Notes: generated by a model from the sequence alone, not told the origin. DNA of 64,000 bases from Candidatus Limiplasma sp. (GCA_034928535.1 JAYFOV010000004.1:1173-65172), one strand, 5' to 3'. Shown: positions 1 through 9,488, counted from the stretch's first letter. Made by a program: numbers and translations.

Positions 1-1
1 T

Positions 2-427
2 ACGGTGGTGCTCATCACCCATGAAATGGCAGTCATCCGGCAAATCTGCAACAAGGTCGCCATCCTGGATGGGGGGCAATTGGCGGAGCAAGGCTCAGTG
101 GACGATGTGTTTCTGCACACCAAGTCCCAGGCAGGCAGGCGGCTGTTCGGCATCCTGCCGGAAGAAACCGAGCCCCAGCCCTCCGCACCTGCGCTGCGCA
201 TTGTCTTTGACGGACAGGCAGCCGGGCAGCCAGTCATCAGCCGGGTCAGCCGTGAAACGGGCGTGGATGTGAACATCCTCTCCGCCAACATCCGGCCACT
301 CAATGGCAAGGCGTATGGGCAGATGCTCATCGCCCGTCCCGAGGCGGAGGCAGAGCGTACCGTGCTGATGGAACAGCTTCGGCGCTACGGCCTGACTGTG
401 GAGGAGGTGCTGCCCAATGGCCTTTGA
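2..427 (+). CDS. metN: Methionine ABC transporter ATP-binding protein, C-terminal part (5' end truncated by the window edge), including the NIL regulatory domain
   Basis: The ORF runs in from the window edge. The C-terminal LITHEM...VAILDGG region is ABC-like and is followed by a NIL-type tail. The stop overlaps the metI start. The metI and metQ context supports the call. Confidence 0.85.
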   Translation, partial: TVVLITHEMAVIRQICNKVAILDGGQLAEQGSVDDVFLHTKSQAGRRLFGILPEETEPQPSAPALRIVFDGQAAGQPVISRVSRETGVDVNILSANIRPLNGKAYGQMLIARPEAEAERTVLMEQLRRYGLTVEEVLPNGL

Positions 428-1079
428 CAAGCTCTGGCCCTTGCTGCTGCAAGGCGCAGCGGATACCGTGTACATGACCCTGTGGGCAAGCCTGTTCTCC
501 TACGCGCTTGGGCTGCCGCTGGGTGTGCTGCTGGTGGTCACGCGCCGCGGACACATCCTCCCCGCCCCCACGTTCAACACAGTGCTGGGCTGGGCCATCA
601 ACTTTCTGCGTTCCATTCCCTTCATCATCCTGCTGGCCATGCTGTTTCCCATCACCCGCGCAGTCATGGGACGCGCCATCGGCACACGCGCCATCATCTT
701 TCCCCTGATCGTGAGCGCTTTCCCCTACATCGCGCGCATGGTGGAAGGCTCGCTGGACGAGATCGATCACGGTGTGCTGGAAGCGGCGCAATCCATGGGT
801 TCCACCAACTGGCAAATCATCCGCAAAGTGCTCCTGCCCGAAGCCGTGCCATCGCTGATCAACGGCGCCGCCATCAGCGTGACCACCATCCTGGCCTATA
901 CGGCCATGGCCAGCGCGGCCGGCGGCGGAGGCCTGGGGGCGCTGGCCATCACCAAGGGCTACCAGCAGCAAAACATGGAGATCCTCTACGCTTCCAGCCT
1001 GGCGCTGGTGCTGCTGGTGCAGCTGATCACCGTTTCCGGCACCCGGTTTACCAAGTGGTTTGACCATCGCAAGAAGTAG
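417..1079 (+). CDS. metI: Methionine ABC transporter permease
   Basis: 220-aa multi-TM protein of the MetI permease family. It overlaps the metN stop and is followed by metQ. Confidence 0.88.
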   Translation: MAFDKLWPLLLQGAADTVYMTLWASLFSYALGLPLGVLLVVTRRGHILPAPTFNTVLGWAINFLRSIPFIILLAMLFPITRAVMGRAIGTRAIIFPLIVSAFPYIARMVEGSLDEIDHGVLEAAQSMGSTNWQIIRKVLLPEAVPSLINGAAISVTTILAYTAMASAAGGGGLGALAITKGYQQQNMEILYASSLALVLLVQLITVSGTRFTKWFDHRKK

Positions 1080-1108
1080 ACCATTCACAAATTGAAAGGG
1101 GCTTCCGT

Positions 1109-1927
1109 ATGAAAAAATTGCTTTCGCTGATCCTGACCCTGGCACTGACCCTGACCGCTGCCTCCGCCTTGGCGAACGAAACCATCGTGATCGGCGCCAC
1201 CCCCACCCCGCATGCCGAGATCCTGGAATTTATCAAGGACGATCTGGCTGCTTTGGGCTACGATCTGGACATCCAGATTTTTACCGAGTACCCCATTCCC
1301 AACCCTGCCACGGCCAGCGGCGATCTGGATGCGAATTATTTTCAGCACATCCCCTACCTGACCGCCTACAACAACAGCGTGGAAGATGCCCAGAAGCTGG
1401 CGGCCGTCATTCCGGTGCACTATGAGCCCTACGGCATCTACGCCGGCACCAAGACCGCCCTGGCGGATATCGCTGAGGGGGATTCCATTGCCGTGACCAA
1501 TGACCCTTCCAACGAGACTCGTGCCCTGAACCTCTTGCAGGAAGCCGGCCTTATCAAACTGCCGGAGGGTGTGGATCTGCTCAACGACAGCCTGACCAAG
1601 CTGGACATCGTGGAAAATCCGCTGAATCTGGACATTGTGGAAGTGAACGCCGAGCTGCTTGCCTCTACCCGCCAGGATGTAAGCTTTGCAGTCATCAACG
1701 GCAACTTTGCTATCGGCGCAGGGCTTAAGCCCGCCGAGGATGCCCTGCTGCTGGAAGATGCCAGCGGCGAGGCCGGTAAAATCTACACCAACTATGTGGT
1801 CGTGCGTACTGCGGATGAGCAGGCTCCCTGGGTGGAGGCGCTGCGCACCGTCCTGAACAGCGACAAACTGCGTGACTTTATTCTGAACAACGAAGCCTAC
1901 GCCAAGGGCGTGCTGCCCGTTTTCTAA
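1109..1927 (+). CDS. metQ: Methionine-binding lipoprotein (NlpA/MetQ family)
   Basis: Signal peptide MKKLLSLILTLALTLTAASALA. MetQ-like body (IVIGATPTPHAEILE...FQHIPYL). RBS GAAAGGGG upstream. Confidence 0.88.
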   Translation: MKKLLSLILTLALTLTAASALANETIVIGATPTPHAEILEFIKDDLAALGYDLDIQIFTEYPIPNPATASGDLDANYFQHIPYLTAYNNSVEDAQKLAAVIPVHYEPYGIYAGTKTALADIAEGDSIAVTNDPSNETRALNLLQEAGLIKLPEGVDLLNDSLTKLDIVENPLNLDIVEVNAELLASTRQDVSFAVINGNFAIGAGLKPAEDALLLEDASGEAGKIYTNYVVVRTADEQAPWVEALRTVLNSDKLRDFILNNEAYAKGVLPVF

Positions 1928-2553
1928 ACACAGGCAAGCCGGATGCGTGGATCACCGTTCCCGCACAACGCCGCATCCGCCCACGCAGTGCTGCTGCGCC
2001 TCAAACCCTTGCATGCGAAAGCGCTCCGGCGTAAGGCGCTTGCGGGTTCCGGACGCAAAGACGCGGTTGGGCAGGCTTACCCCTGTCCAACCGCGAAAGC
2101 GGCGTACCTTCCAGCCATGGATGCAGTAGGGATGCAAAGCGTTGTGCGCGGGCGCGGAGCACTAGCAAAGGCGTAGCAAGGCTATATCCCGCTATCAAGC
2201 TAATGCTATGGCGCAAACACCTGCCGGACTGAAACAGTCAAGCGAAGATTCGCATCGGCGCCAGGCGACGGAGCTGTCCGGCGCCTGGTGCATTCCTGTT
2301 ATGCATGGCGATGCCTCCGGTTTTCCCCGCATACCGCAGCACGCACGCTAAAGCAACCGACGGGCTGCAAGGCAAGCCGGAGCGTCACGCCGCACTGGAA
2401 AACAAAGTGAATCCCCGCCACAATATGTTGTGGCGGGGATTTTGCGTGCGTAAGGCTATGGCTCTCCGCGCGGGCTTGCATGCAGGGTTCACCCATGCGC
2501 GTGGGTTCTTTCGCCGCATCGGGCGGCCACCGAAGGTTGCTATGCCGTACAGC

Positions 2554-4596
2554 CTACTCCTGGGTGAGCGTGCTGCGCGGAATGAAAGCGCGGCAGGGCT
2601 TGCCCTTATGGGTGGTTTGCACATACGCCCAATCTGCTCCCAGGAAAGCCAGCAATCGCACTTCGGAATCCTTGGGCAGCTCAAATAGTTTATTTTTCCC
2701 GTTGAGGGGATCATCCGTTGCGTTGGCTTTCTTGGTCAACTTCAGGGGGATATCCACCAAGGCCAGCTGCGCAACGGCCTCCGGGTTTGCCAGCGTGGTG
2801 TTCTCAATATAGCCGATACGCCCGCGGCTGCCATTGCCGATCTTGTAAGAAACAAGCACCCAATCCCCGCTCACGCCAAAAATCTGGACGGTTTCATCGG
2901 TGGTTACCTGTGCTTTGGCATCGCGGAAGCTCTTTTCATCCGGGGCGCTGTACACTTTCAGGGTCTGGCGCTTCTCAAAGCCGGCATCGCTCAGCACGGC
3001 CAGTGTAGGCGCGCTGGCGGCCGCCTGCTCGTAAGGCGAAAGCGTGGGCGTGGGCTCCGGCGTGGCGGTGGGCGTGGGGCTTGGCGTCGGGGTGGCAGTG
3101 GGCTCCGGCGTGGGCGTGGGCTCCGGCGTGGGCGATGCCGTCACAAAGGATTCCGCGGCAATGGGCGTTGCGCTTCGGTTGAGCACAAAACCAACCTGCC
3201 CCCCATCCTCCGCAACCAGGGTGAAGGCTGTGCCACCCACGCTCACGGTTCCGGTGAGCGCATCGCTGGCCAGCGTGCCATCCGTGAGCGTATAGGGCGT
3301 GACTTGAATGGTCAGCAGCTTCCCATCCGGCATAAACTGATAGTAAGTGCTGCCATCCGTCCCGATAGGTTTCCACAGTCCTTGGGTCAGGAAGGCGGCA
3401 ATGTCCGCGTCATCTCCGGTCAGTGGCATGGGCGTAGGCGTAGCCACGGCCGCAGGTGGTAAGGTTTCCGCCGTCAAGGCCGCCGTGGGTTCGTCTGCCG
3501 CCGTAGGAAGAGGTTCGCTCACGTCCGGTTGGGTCTGCGCTTGCACGGGCAGGAGCGTGAGCGTATCAAAATCGCTGATTTCCGGCTCAAAACGCAGCAG
3601 AAGACCCATTTCTCCCGCATAGACCTGGGCGGCTTGATCCGCGCGCTCGGCCGTGTCCAAATGGAGCACGCCCCCCGTAACACGGTACGCGGTAAACAAC
3701 GGCTCGCCGCCACTTGGCGCGCTCACCGTGCCATCCGCAAGGAAGCGGACGGTCTGTCCGTTTACCTGCCAATCACTGGCGGTCAGGCGCTCGGGCAGGC
3801 TGGCCGGATCCACCGGCACATCTAGCTGGCCGCCTGCCGGGGGAGCATCCGTGGCCGCGATGGGTTCCGCCACCGGGGTATCGGTCGGCTGCGAGGGCAC
3901 CCCATGCATCACAGGTGCCTGGGTGAGTGTTAACTGCTCCCACGGGATATCCACCACGGTGGCCTTGGCGGACACGGTGCCCGCCGCATAAAGACAGCGA
4001 AACACCTTGCTGGAAACAAAATACGAGTTGGGGGCGGGCACCTGCGCCACATCCGTGACGATGGCAAGCCCCTGCTCCGATTGCTTGGCGAACACGGCCT
4101 CCCGGATCGCGGCATCCACCGCTTCACGCGGATCGTCAAACAGGTCATACACCGTCAGTTCGCGGCGGCTGTTCAGGTCGATCAGGCGATAGAAGAAGAG
4201 CATCTCGCTTGTTTGCTGATCGGCCGAGCGCGCGCCCACCGAGGCCTCCACCGAGAGGAGCCCTTCAAAATCCAGCGAGCTGAAAAAGCTCATGCGCAGC
4301 ACATCCTTAGCGCTGGCGTAAGCCGCGGCATCGGCCATCGGCGTGGTGCGCTGAAGCGCCAGCAGCGGGTCGGTCACCGCCGCAGTAAGGTATGCCGCCA
4401 AGGAAGCATCTTCACTTTCAAAGGCAGGATAATCCAGCGTGAACGTCTGCGTGTCCGTTTCGCCGGTCGCCTGCACACGGTAGATGGTCAGCCCATCCAT
4501 AGTCAGCTCCACGGCACGGGTCTGCCCGGCTTCTTCAGCCACTGCCCCAGCCGCAAGCAGGCACAGCGCCATCAGGAGCGCCAAAGCGCGTTTCAT
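2554..4596 (-). CDS. Secreted envelope protein: signal peptide, RsiV/DUF3298-like N-terminal module, Pro/Thr linker, two C-terminal SH3b-like repeats
   Basis: Start chosen at MKRALALLMALCLLAAGAVA, with RBS GGAGGGGGAC just upstream. PT linker SPTPEPTPTPEPTATPTPSPTPTATPEPTP. The C-terminal segments DWVLVSY..GRIGYI and ADWAYVQT..CRAFIP look like SH3b. Confidence 0.7.
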   Translation of the reverse strand: MKRALALLMALCLLAAGAVAEEAGQTRAVELTMDGLTIYRVQATGETDTQTFTLDYPAFESEDASLAAYLTAAVTDPLLALQRTTPMADAAAYASAKDVLRMSFFSSLDFEGLLSVEASVGARSADQQTSEMLFFYRLIDLNSRRELTVYDLFDDPREAVDAAIREAVFAKQSEQGLAIVTDVAQVPAPNSYFVSSKVFRCLYAAGTVSAKATVVDIPWEQLTLTQAPVMHGVPSQPTDTPVAEPIAATDAPPAGGQLDVPVDPASLPERLTASDWQVNGQTVRFLADGTVSAPSGGEPLFTAYRVTGGVLHLDTAERADQAAQVYAGEMGLLLRFEPEISDFDTLTLLPVQAQTQPDVSEPLPTAADEPTAALTAETLPPAAVATPTPMPLTGDDADIAAFLTQGLWKPIGTDGSTYYQFMPDGKLLTIQVTPYTLTDGTLASDALTGTVSVGGTAFTLVAEDGGQVGFVLNRSATPIAAESFVTASPTPEPTPTPEPTATPTPSPTPTATPEPTPTLSPYEQAAASAPTLAVLSDAGFEKRQTLKVYSAPDEKSFRDAKAQVTTDETVQIFGVSGDWVLVSYKIGNGSRGRIGYIENTTLANPEAVAQLALVDIPLKLTKKANATDDPLNGKNKLFELPKDSEVRLLAFLGADWAYVQTTHKGKPCRAFIPRSTLTQE
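3044..3130. repeat. Low-complexity tandem DNA repeat (GGCGTGGGCTCCGGCGTGG-like units) encoding the Pro/Thr linker of the secreted protein
   Basis: Reiterated gtgggc/tccggc units are directly visible. On the minus strand they translate to the PT-rich linker. Confidence 0.6.
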
Positions 4597-4621
4597 GTGC
4601 GTCCCCCTCCAAACCAATCGT

Positions 4622-6469
4622 CTATTCAAGCAGCAGCGGATATACGGACATCGTGGACAGCGCGACCATTTCCTGCGCGCCATCCCGGGTGAGTGCAAAA
4701 TAGTGCGAAAGCGGCAAAGGATAAGGCATGCCGCTCACTGCCAGCAGACGGAAAGCACCCTGCGTGCTGCCGCTCCATGCTATGTCCTGGGCAACGGGCG
4801 CAATGGTATCATAGGCAAAATCATACTGCTGCTCCCCGCCCACAAACAGGCCATATTTGCCAGTCTGCCTATCACGCGCCACCACGGCGCCGCAATCGGC
4901 ATACACCGTTACGTCGTCGCTCTGGCACAGGGTCACAGGTGTGGTTTCCAGGCGCACCAAGTCGCCGCTTGCCATGAGTGCCATACCGGCTGCTGCGCCT
5001 GCCACTCCCTCCATATCGGCGGCGTGCTGCCAAAGCTTCATTTCACCGCTGCGGGAGAGGGTGTACAGGGCGTAACGCTCCTCCGGCACCGTCACATTGC
5101 CGGTATCGACATAGGCCAGGGTCATGCTGCCTGTAAAGGGAAATACCTTGGCAAACCAGAGGGGGCTGAGCAAATTGCCCTGCGCGTTGATAAAGTTATA
5201 GCAGTGATCCACCTGATCATGAATGACCGACCAACCGCCGATCATGGGACCCAGCACCGCATCCGCACCCGCTGCCTGCTGGTAGCGCGCAGCATCGATC
5301 AGGGGAAGCCCTTGGCTGTCGATCAGGTAGGGTGATTCCTGCACATAGAACACATCATCCGGGCATACTGAAAAGCCGTTGTCCTGAATACCCTCATAGT
5401 AGCCCAGCAATTGCCCGTTCTGCGCAGCAAAGAGGTAATACTCAAAGGTGCCATCCGCCATGGGGCGGCGTGCGACCACGTTGTGTTCCGTCACAGCATA
5501 AGGTTCCAGCGCCAGATTGCCCGCCACAGCATTGATACCGCGCTTGGCGCCATCCCCGGCCTGCAAGGCCGGCGCGGCGTCATACCCTTTGACTGGCGTC
5601 TGTGCCTGCACGCCTATGGCCTGGTGAACAGTCTCGGCTGCCTCCTTGCCAAAAAGGGTGCCCACCTGTGCCAGCAGCCATTCCCGGTTCCAATAGGCGG
5701 CGCCGCCCAACAACGCCAGCAACAACAGCACGATGCCCGTCCTGCGTAATGCGCGCAGCCGGCGCCGGCGGCGCAGCGATTGGTCGTCCGCCTCCACACG
5801 ATAGGCATCGCCACGCGGGGTGGGGTCGTAGGCCAGGTTTTCCGCGGCGGGCACAGCCGGCCTGCGTGTCTGGTACACATTGGGTTGCCCCGGCGGGGCA
5901 AACACAGCTTCCTCCGGCTCGTCATACAGGCGTTTGGGCAGCTCAAACTTTAGCGGCGGTGCAAAACGCGCGCTCAAATCCGGCAGCCCATCTGGCGCAT
6001 CCGCGGGAGGGCGGGCATAGGGATTGGCCGAGCGCGCCGATGCAGCGGGCGCCATTGACGCGGAATCTTCCGCTATCGGCGCGTCATACGCGCTGGCACG
6101 CCCGCGCCTGCCCTGGGGGCTGGCTGGCTCCGCATAGGCCGTTTCGTCCCAGGTGAGGCGTGCATAGGGGTTTTCCCGAGCGGGCTCAGCCTGCGCATCC
6201 TGCGCTATTGCAGGTCTCGCGGCAGCGGCACGCCTTGGCGGCGCAGCCGGCGGATCGTTAGGCAAATAGTCTGCTTCGTTCCAAGCAGGCTCATCCAAGG
6301 CTATGCCTTCAGGATGCGCGGAATCGCCAAGCGCGGCGGCCTTGCGGCTGCTTGCCTCCGCCGGCGCCCATGCGCCTGCGGGCGCAAGCGGCTTGCGGCC
6401 GCCTGAGTCCGCGCCCTGCAGGCGCGGCTCGTTGGGTTCGTATGCATCATAGGGTGTGAAATCGCTCAT
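4622..6469 (-). CDS. Single-pass membrane protein: about 265-aa Pro/Ala-rich disordered cytoplasmic N-terminus, one TM helix, WG-repeat-like extracellular domain
   Basis: Start at MSDFTPYD with RBS GAGGTG. RRRRRLRALRR followed by the TM helix IVLLLLALLGGAAYW. C-terminal motifs such as GKYGLFVGGEQQYDFAYD resemble WG/KWG repeats. The gene ends 25 nt before the next gene. Confidence 0.65.
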   Translation of the reverse strand: MSDFTPYDAYEPNEPRLQGADSGGRKPLAPAGAWAPAEASSRKAAALGDSAHPEGIALDEPAWNEADYLPNDPPAAPPRRAAAARPAIAQDAQAEPARENPYARLTWDETAYAEPASPQGRRGRASAYDAPIAEDSASMAPAASARSANPYARPPADAPDGLPDLSARFAPPLKFELPKRLYDEPEEAVFAPPGQPNVYQTRRPAVPAAENLAYDPTPRGDAYRVEADDQSLRRRRRLRALRRTGIVLLLLALLGGAAYWNREWLLAQVGTLFGKEAAETVHQAIGVQAQTPVKGYDAAPALQAGDGAKRGINAVAGNLALEPYAVTEHNVVARRPMADGTFEYYLFAAQNGQLLGYYEGIQDNGFSVCPDDVFYVQESPYLIDSQGLPLIDAARYQQAAGADAVLGPMIGGWSVIHDQVDHCYNFINAQGNLLSPLWFAKVFPFTGSMTLAYVDTGNVTVPEERYALYTLSRSGEMKLWQHAADMEGVAGAAAGMALMASGDLVRLETTPVTLCQSDDVTVYADCGAVVARDRQTGKYGLFVGGEQQYDFAYDTIAPVAQDIAWSGSTQGAFRLLAVSGMPYPLPLSHYFALTRDGAQEMVALSTMSVYPLLLE

Positions 6470-6704
6470 CGGACACCTCATGCTTAAAAGAGGATGGAGT
6501 CGGTTTCAATGTATCACGCTTTACCCCGCGCGTCAAGCAAGGAAAGGGTTTGCGCAATGGTCCGGCATCGCCTGGCCAAACCGACACGGAGCGTGCGATC
6601 CGCACGCTCCGTGAACAGTATACCATATTTCGTGTGCAACACGATCCGGCACATGGATTTTTTACGATTGAGAAGAATCCGCAGAACCAACGGCTGCTTG
6701 GCCG

Positions 6705-8390
6705 TCAGGCCGTTTCAATATTAGCGGCCTTTTGCAGCCCAAGCCGCTGCACGCCCAGTTCCCGCAGTATGTATTTTTGGATCTTGCCACTGGCCGTCAT
6801 GGGGAACTCCGTCAGCGGCAGGATGTAGCGCGGCGCCTTGTAACGGCTGAGCCCGGCACGCACAAACTCGATCAGCGCCTCATCCGGTGCGCATTGCCCC
6901 TCTTTGAAGATCACGCACGCACAGACTTCCTCGCCGTACTTTTCATCCGGCACGCCGACCACCTGCACATCCCGGATGGCCGGGTGAGTGTACATGAATT
7001 CCTCGATCTCGCGGGGATAGATGTTTTCCCCGCCACGGATGATCATATCCTTGAGCCGCCCAGTGATGCGGAAATTTCCATCCTCATCCATGGTGCCGAT
7101 ATCACCGGTGTGCAGCCAGCCCGCCTCATCCACGGCGGCCTTGGTGGCCTCCGGCATTTTGTAGTAACCCTTCATGACATGATAACCGCGGGTGATGATC
7201 TCGCCCGGGATGCCGCGGGGCAATTCTTCCCCCGTCTCGGGGCTGATGATCTTGCCCTCCGCAAAGGGCAGCAGCTTGCCCACCGTGCTCACGCGCAACT
7301 CCAGCGGATCATCTGTACGGCTCATGGTCATGCCCGGGGAGCACTCCGTTTGCCCATAGGTGATAGTCAGCTCAGACAGATGCATTTTGCTTGTGACATC
7401 GCGCATGGTCTTGATGGGGCAAGGGCTGCCCGCCATGATACCCGTGCGCAGATGGGAAAAATCGAAGCGGTCAAAACTGGGGTGCTCCAGCATGCCGATG
7501 AACATCGTGGGCACGCCGTGCACCGCAGTGCAGCGCTCCTGCTCCAGGTAGGCCATCTCCTGCTCAGGCTGGTAGCGGGTCATCAGCACCATGGTGGATG
7601 CGTGGGTCAGGCAGCTCATGACCCCCAGCACACAGCCGAAGCAATGGAACAGCGGCACAACGATCATCAAGCGGTCCGCATCGGTTAACTTCATACAATC
7701 GCCCATAAATTGCCCATTGTTGGTAATGTTGTGATGGGTGAGCATCACGCCCTTGGGAAACCCCGTGGTGCCGCTGGTATATTGCATGTTGATGACCTCA
7801 TGCGTATCCAGCCCGGCGATATGCTCCTCCACCACGCTTTGGGGCACTGTTTCGGCCAGGGCGTAGAGCGCGTCAAAGCTGCTCATGCCGCGCGCCTTTT
7901 TCTCGCTTTGGCCAATGAGCACCACATGCCGGAGGAATGGCAGCTTCGCCTCCCGGACATGATCCGGATCCTGCGTAAGTAAGCCAGGCATGAGCCCGGT
8001 GATATGGTCGATGTAATCATTGCCCCGCACCTCCGGAATCATGACCAGCATTTTGGCATCGCTCTGGGTGAGCAGGTAGTTGAGCTCAAACTGTTTGTAA
8101 TTGGTGTTTACCGTGACCAAAATCGCGCCCAATTTGGCCGTGGCAAACATGGTGAGCATCCACTCCGGCACATTGGTAGCCCAAATGGCCACATGATCGC
8201 CTTTGCGGATGCCCATGGCATAAAATCCCCGCGCCACCACATCCGTCAGGCGGTCAAACTCCTGCCAGCTCCAGCGCACGCCAAACTCCGGCGCAACCAC
8301 ACAATCGTTGTCCGGCAGCCGCTCCGCGTTTCTCCGTAAAAGCCCGGCAACGGTGTAGTCGTGAAGCTCGTGTGTCGGTACAAAAGCCAT
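6705..8390 (-). CDS. AMP-dependent synthetase/ligase (medium/short-chain acyl-CoA synthetase-like, ACSF2/YngI-like)
   Basis: Start at MAFVPTHE with RBS AAGGAGGG. Adenylate-forming motifs YTSGTTGFPKG, YGQTE, LHTGD and GRLKDMIIRGGENIYP, plus the terminal ASGKIQK. Confidence 0.85.
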   Translation of the reverse strand: MAFVPTHELHDYTVAGLLRRNAERLPDNDCVVAPEFGVRWSWQEFDRLTDVVARGFYAMGIRKGDHVAIWATNVPEWMLTMFATAKLGAILVTVNTNYKQFELNYLLTQSDAKMLVMIPEVRGNDYIDHITGLMPGLLTQDPDHVREAKLPFLRHVVLIGQSEKKARGMSSFDALYALAETVPQSVVEEHIAGLDTHEVINMQYTSGTTGFPKGVMLTHHNITNNGQFMGDCMKLTDADRLMIVVPLFHCFGCVLGVMSCLTHASTMVLMTRYQPEQEMAYLEQERCTAVHGVPTMFIGMLEHPSFDRFDFSHLRTGIMAGSPCPIKTMRDVTSKMHLSELTITYGQTECSPGMTMSRTDDPLELRVSTVGKLLPFAEGKIISPETGEELPRGIPGEIITRGYHVMKGYYKMPEATKAAVDEAGWLHTGDIGTMDEDGNFRITGRLKDMIIRGGENIYPREIEEFMYTHPAIRDVQVVGVPDEKYGEEVCACVIFKEGQCAPDEALIEFVRAGLSRYKAPRYILPLTEFPMTASGKIQKYILRELGVQRLGLQKAANIETA

Positions 8391-8417
8391 GTTGCGCCCT
8401 CCTTGTGTTTGTGTAAT

Positions 8418-8662
8418 CACAAAACGCCTCCGCCTTCGATATGCCATCGAAGACGGAGGCTGTTGCTTCCGCGGTACCACTTCGCTTGGAGCCAAGGCTC
8501 CCGCTCAAGATGCTGTATCGGGCAAACCCGTCCCACGGTACTGCCATTCCCGCAGGCCGCTCCCGGGGGAGGAGGTGTGCGTCTGCCCCAACGTCTTGCA
8601 CCGGCCGACGTCTCTCTGCATGGGGTGCTGCGCGCACCGCGCCCGTTCATCGCGTCTAAATT
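8418..8662 (-). promoter_or_regulatory. T-box riboswitch leader upstream of the acyl-CoA-synthetase-like gene (specifier not assigned)
   Basis: On the minus strand: K-turn GCGATGAAC, AG bulge AGAGAGA, distal loop CCGGTGCAA, T-box core AAGTGGTACCGCGG (8469..8480), then the terminator GCCTCCGTCTTCGATGGCATATCGAAGGCGGAGGC plus GTTTTGTG. Confidence 0.8.
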
Positions 8663-8668
8663 GGGTAG

Positions 8669-8697
8669 ATTATAGCGAAGGCCGCAGCGCTTGTCAA
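8669..8697 (-). promoter_or_regulatory. Sigma-A promoter TTGACA-N17-TATAAT driving the T-box leader
   Basis: Perfect consensus hexamers with a 17-nt spacer on the minus strand, immediately 5' of the T-box leader. Confidence 0.75.
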
Positions 8698-8738
8698 GCC
8701 CAGCACAGCAGAAAAACAGCCGCCTCGGCATAGACCGG

Positions 8739-9347
8739 TCACGCCAGAATCTCTTTGCCGGGTGCAATGAGCATAAATGCATAATCCGTACCATGGAAGT
8801 GGGTGCGCGCAAAGGGCACAAAGCCAAACTGCCTGTAAAAGGCATGATCGTTCTTGGACACGATGCTTTCCACATGCAGCGTCATGCCATGGAAGGCCGG
8901 GATGCTGGCCCGCACCAGCGCCGCACCGGCGCCGCGTTTGCGGGAGGCAAGGTACTCCAGCGTTGCGCAGGGCATGTGGGGCGCGTTTTCGTCCAGCATG
9001 CGCAGGAATTCCTGAATGCGCCCCATCGCGGCGGGGCTGCGCAACGCGATGCGCAGCATCGGCCACCACATGCCGTAGCGCAGGTAGGTGCGCAGGCCAA
9101 AGGCGGGCTCATTGGGCAGGCCCCACAGGGCGCAGGCAACGATGTTCCCTTGCTCCTCGATCACGAAATTGCGTCCCGTGCCCACGCCGTAGCGCAGCAG
9201 CGCGGTCAGGAACAAATGGGCGAGCGCCTTGTGCCCCGGAAACAGAAAATCGTGAAACAGCGGCGTTTTCCAAAACGAATCCGTCAGTAAATCCACCATC
9301 TGTTGAAACTGCTCTTTGGTTGGGTTTGGAAGCTCCTTCACCGTCAT
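8739..9347 (-). CDS. GNAT-family N-acetyltransferase
   Basis: 202 aa with RBS GGAGGG. The C-terminal segment RKRGAGAALV...FYRQFGF is typical of a GNAT acetyl-CoA binding core. Confidence 0.65.
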   Translation of the reverse strand: MTVKELPNPTKEQFQQMVDLLTDSFWKTPLFHDFLFPGHKALAHLFLTALLRYGVGTGRNFVIEEQGNIVACALWGLPNEPAFGLRTYLRYGMWWPMLRIALRSPAAMGRIQEFLRMLDENAPHMPCATLEYLASRKRGAGAALVRASIPAFHGMTLHVESIVSKNDHAFYRQFGFVPFARTHFHGTDYAFMLIAPGKEILA

Positions 9348-9488
9348 GGGTATCCCTCCTGCTGCCTACGCGGCCATCATGGCTTGCGGTTGCTCGCGGC
9401 TGGGCGCGGCATGCGCCCCAGGGCGACCACCCCCATCATACCACAGGGGCGTGCGGCGGGCAATGCGCGGCGCTTCGGTTTGCCTGCC

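Noticed and set aside
8520-8600. An attempt to assign the specifier codon of the ligase T-box. The candidates were ACC, CUC, UCC or CCU in ACCUCCU, or alternatively CAC-A or GAC-G a few nt upstream.
   Set aside because: Stem I can be drawn in more than one way by eye, and none of the loop candidates has the conserved 3' purine. Any assignment without a covariance-model alignment would be a guess.
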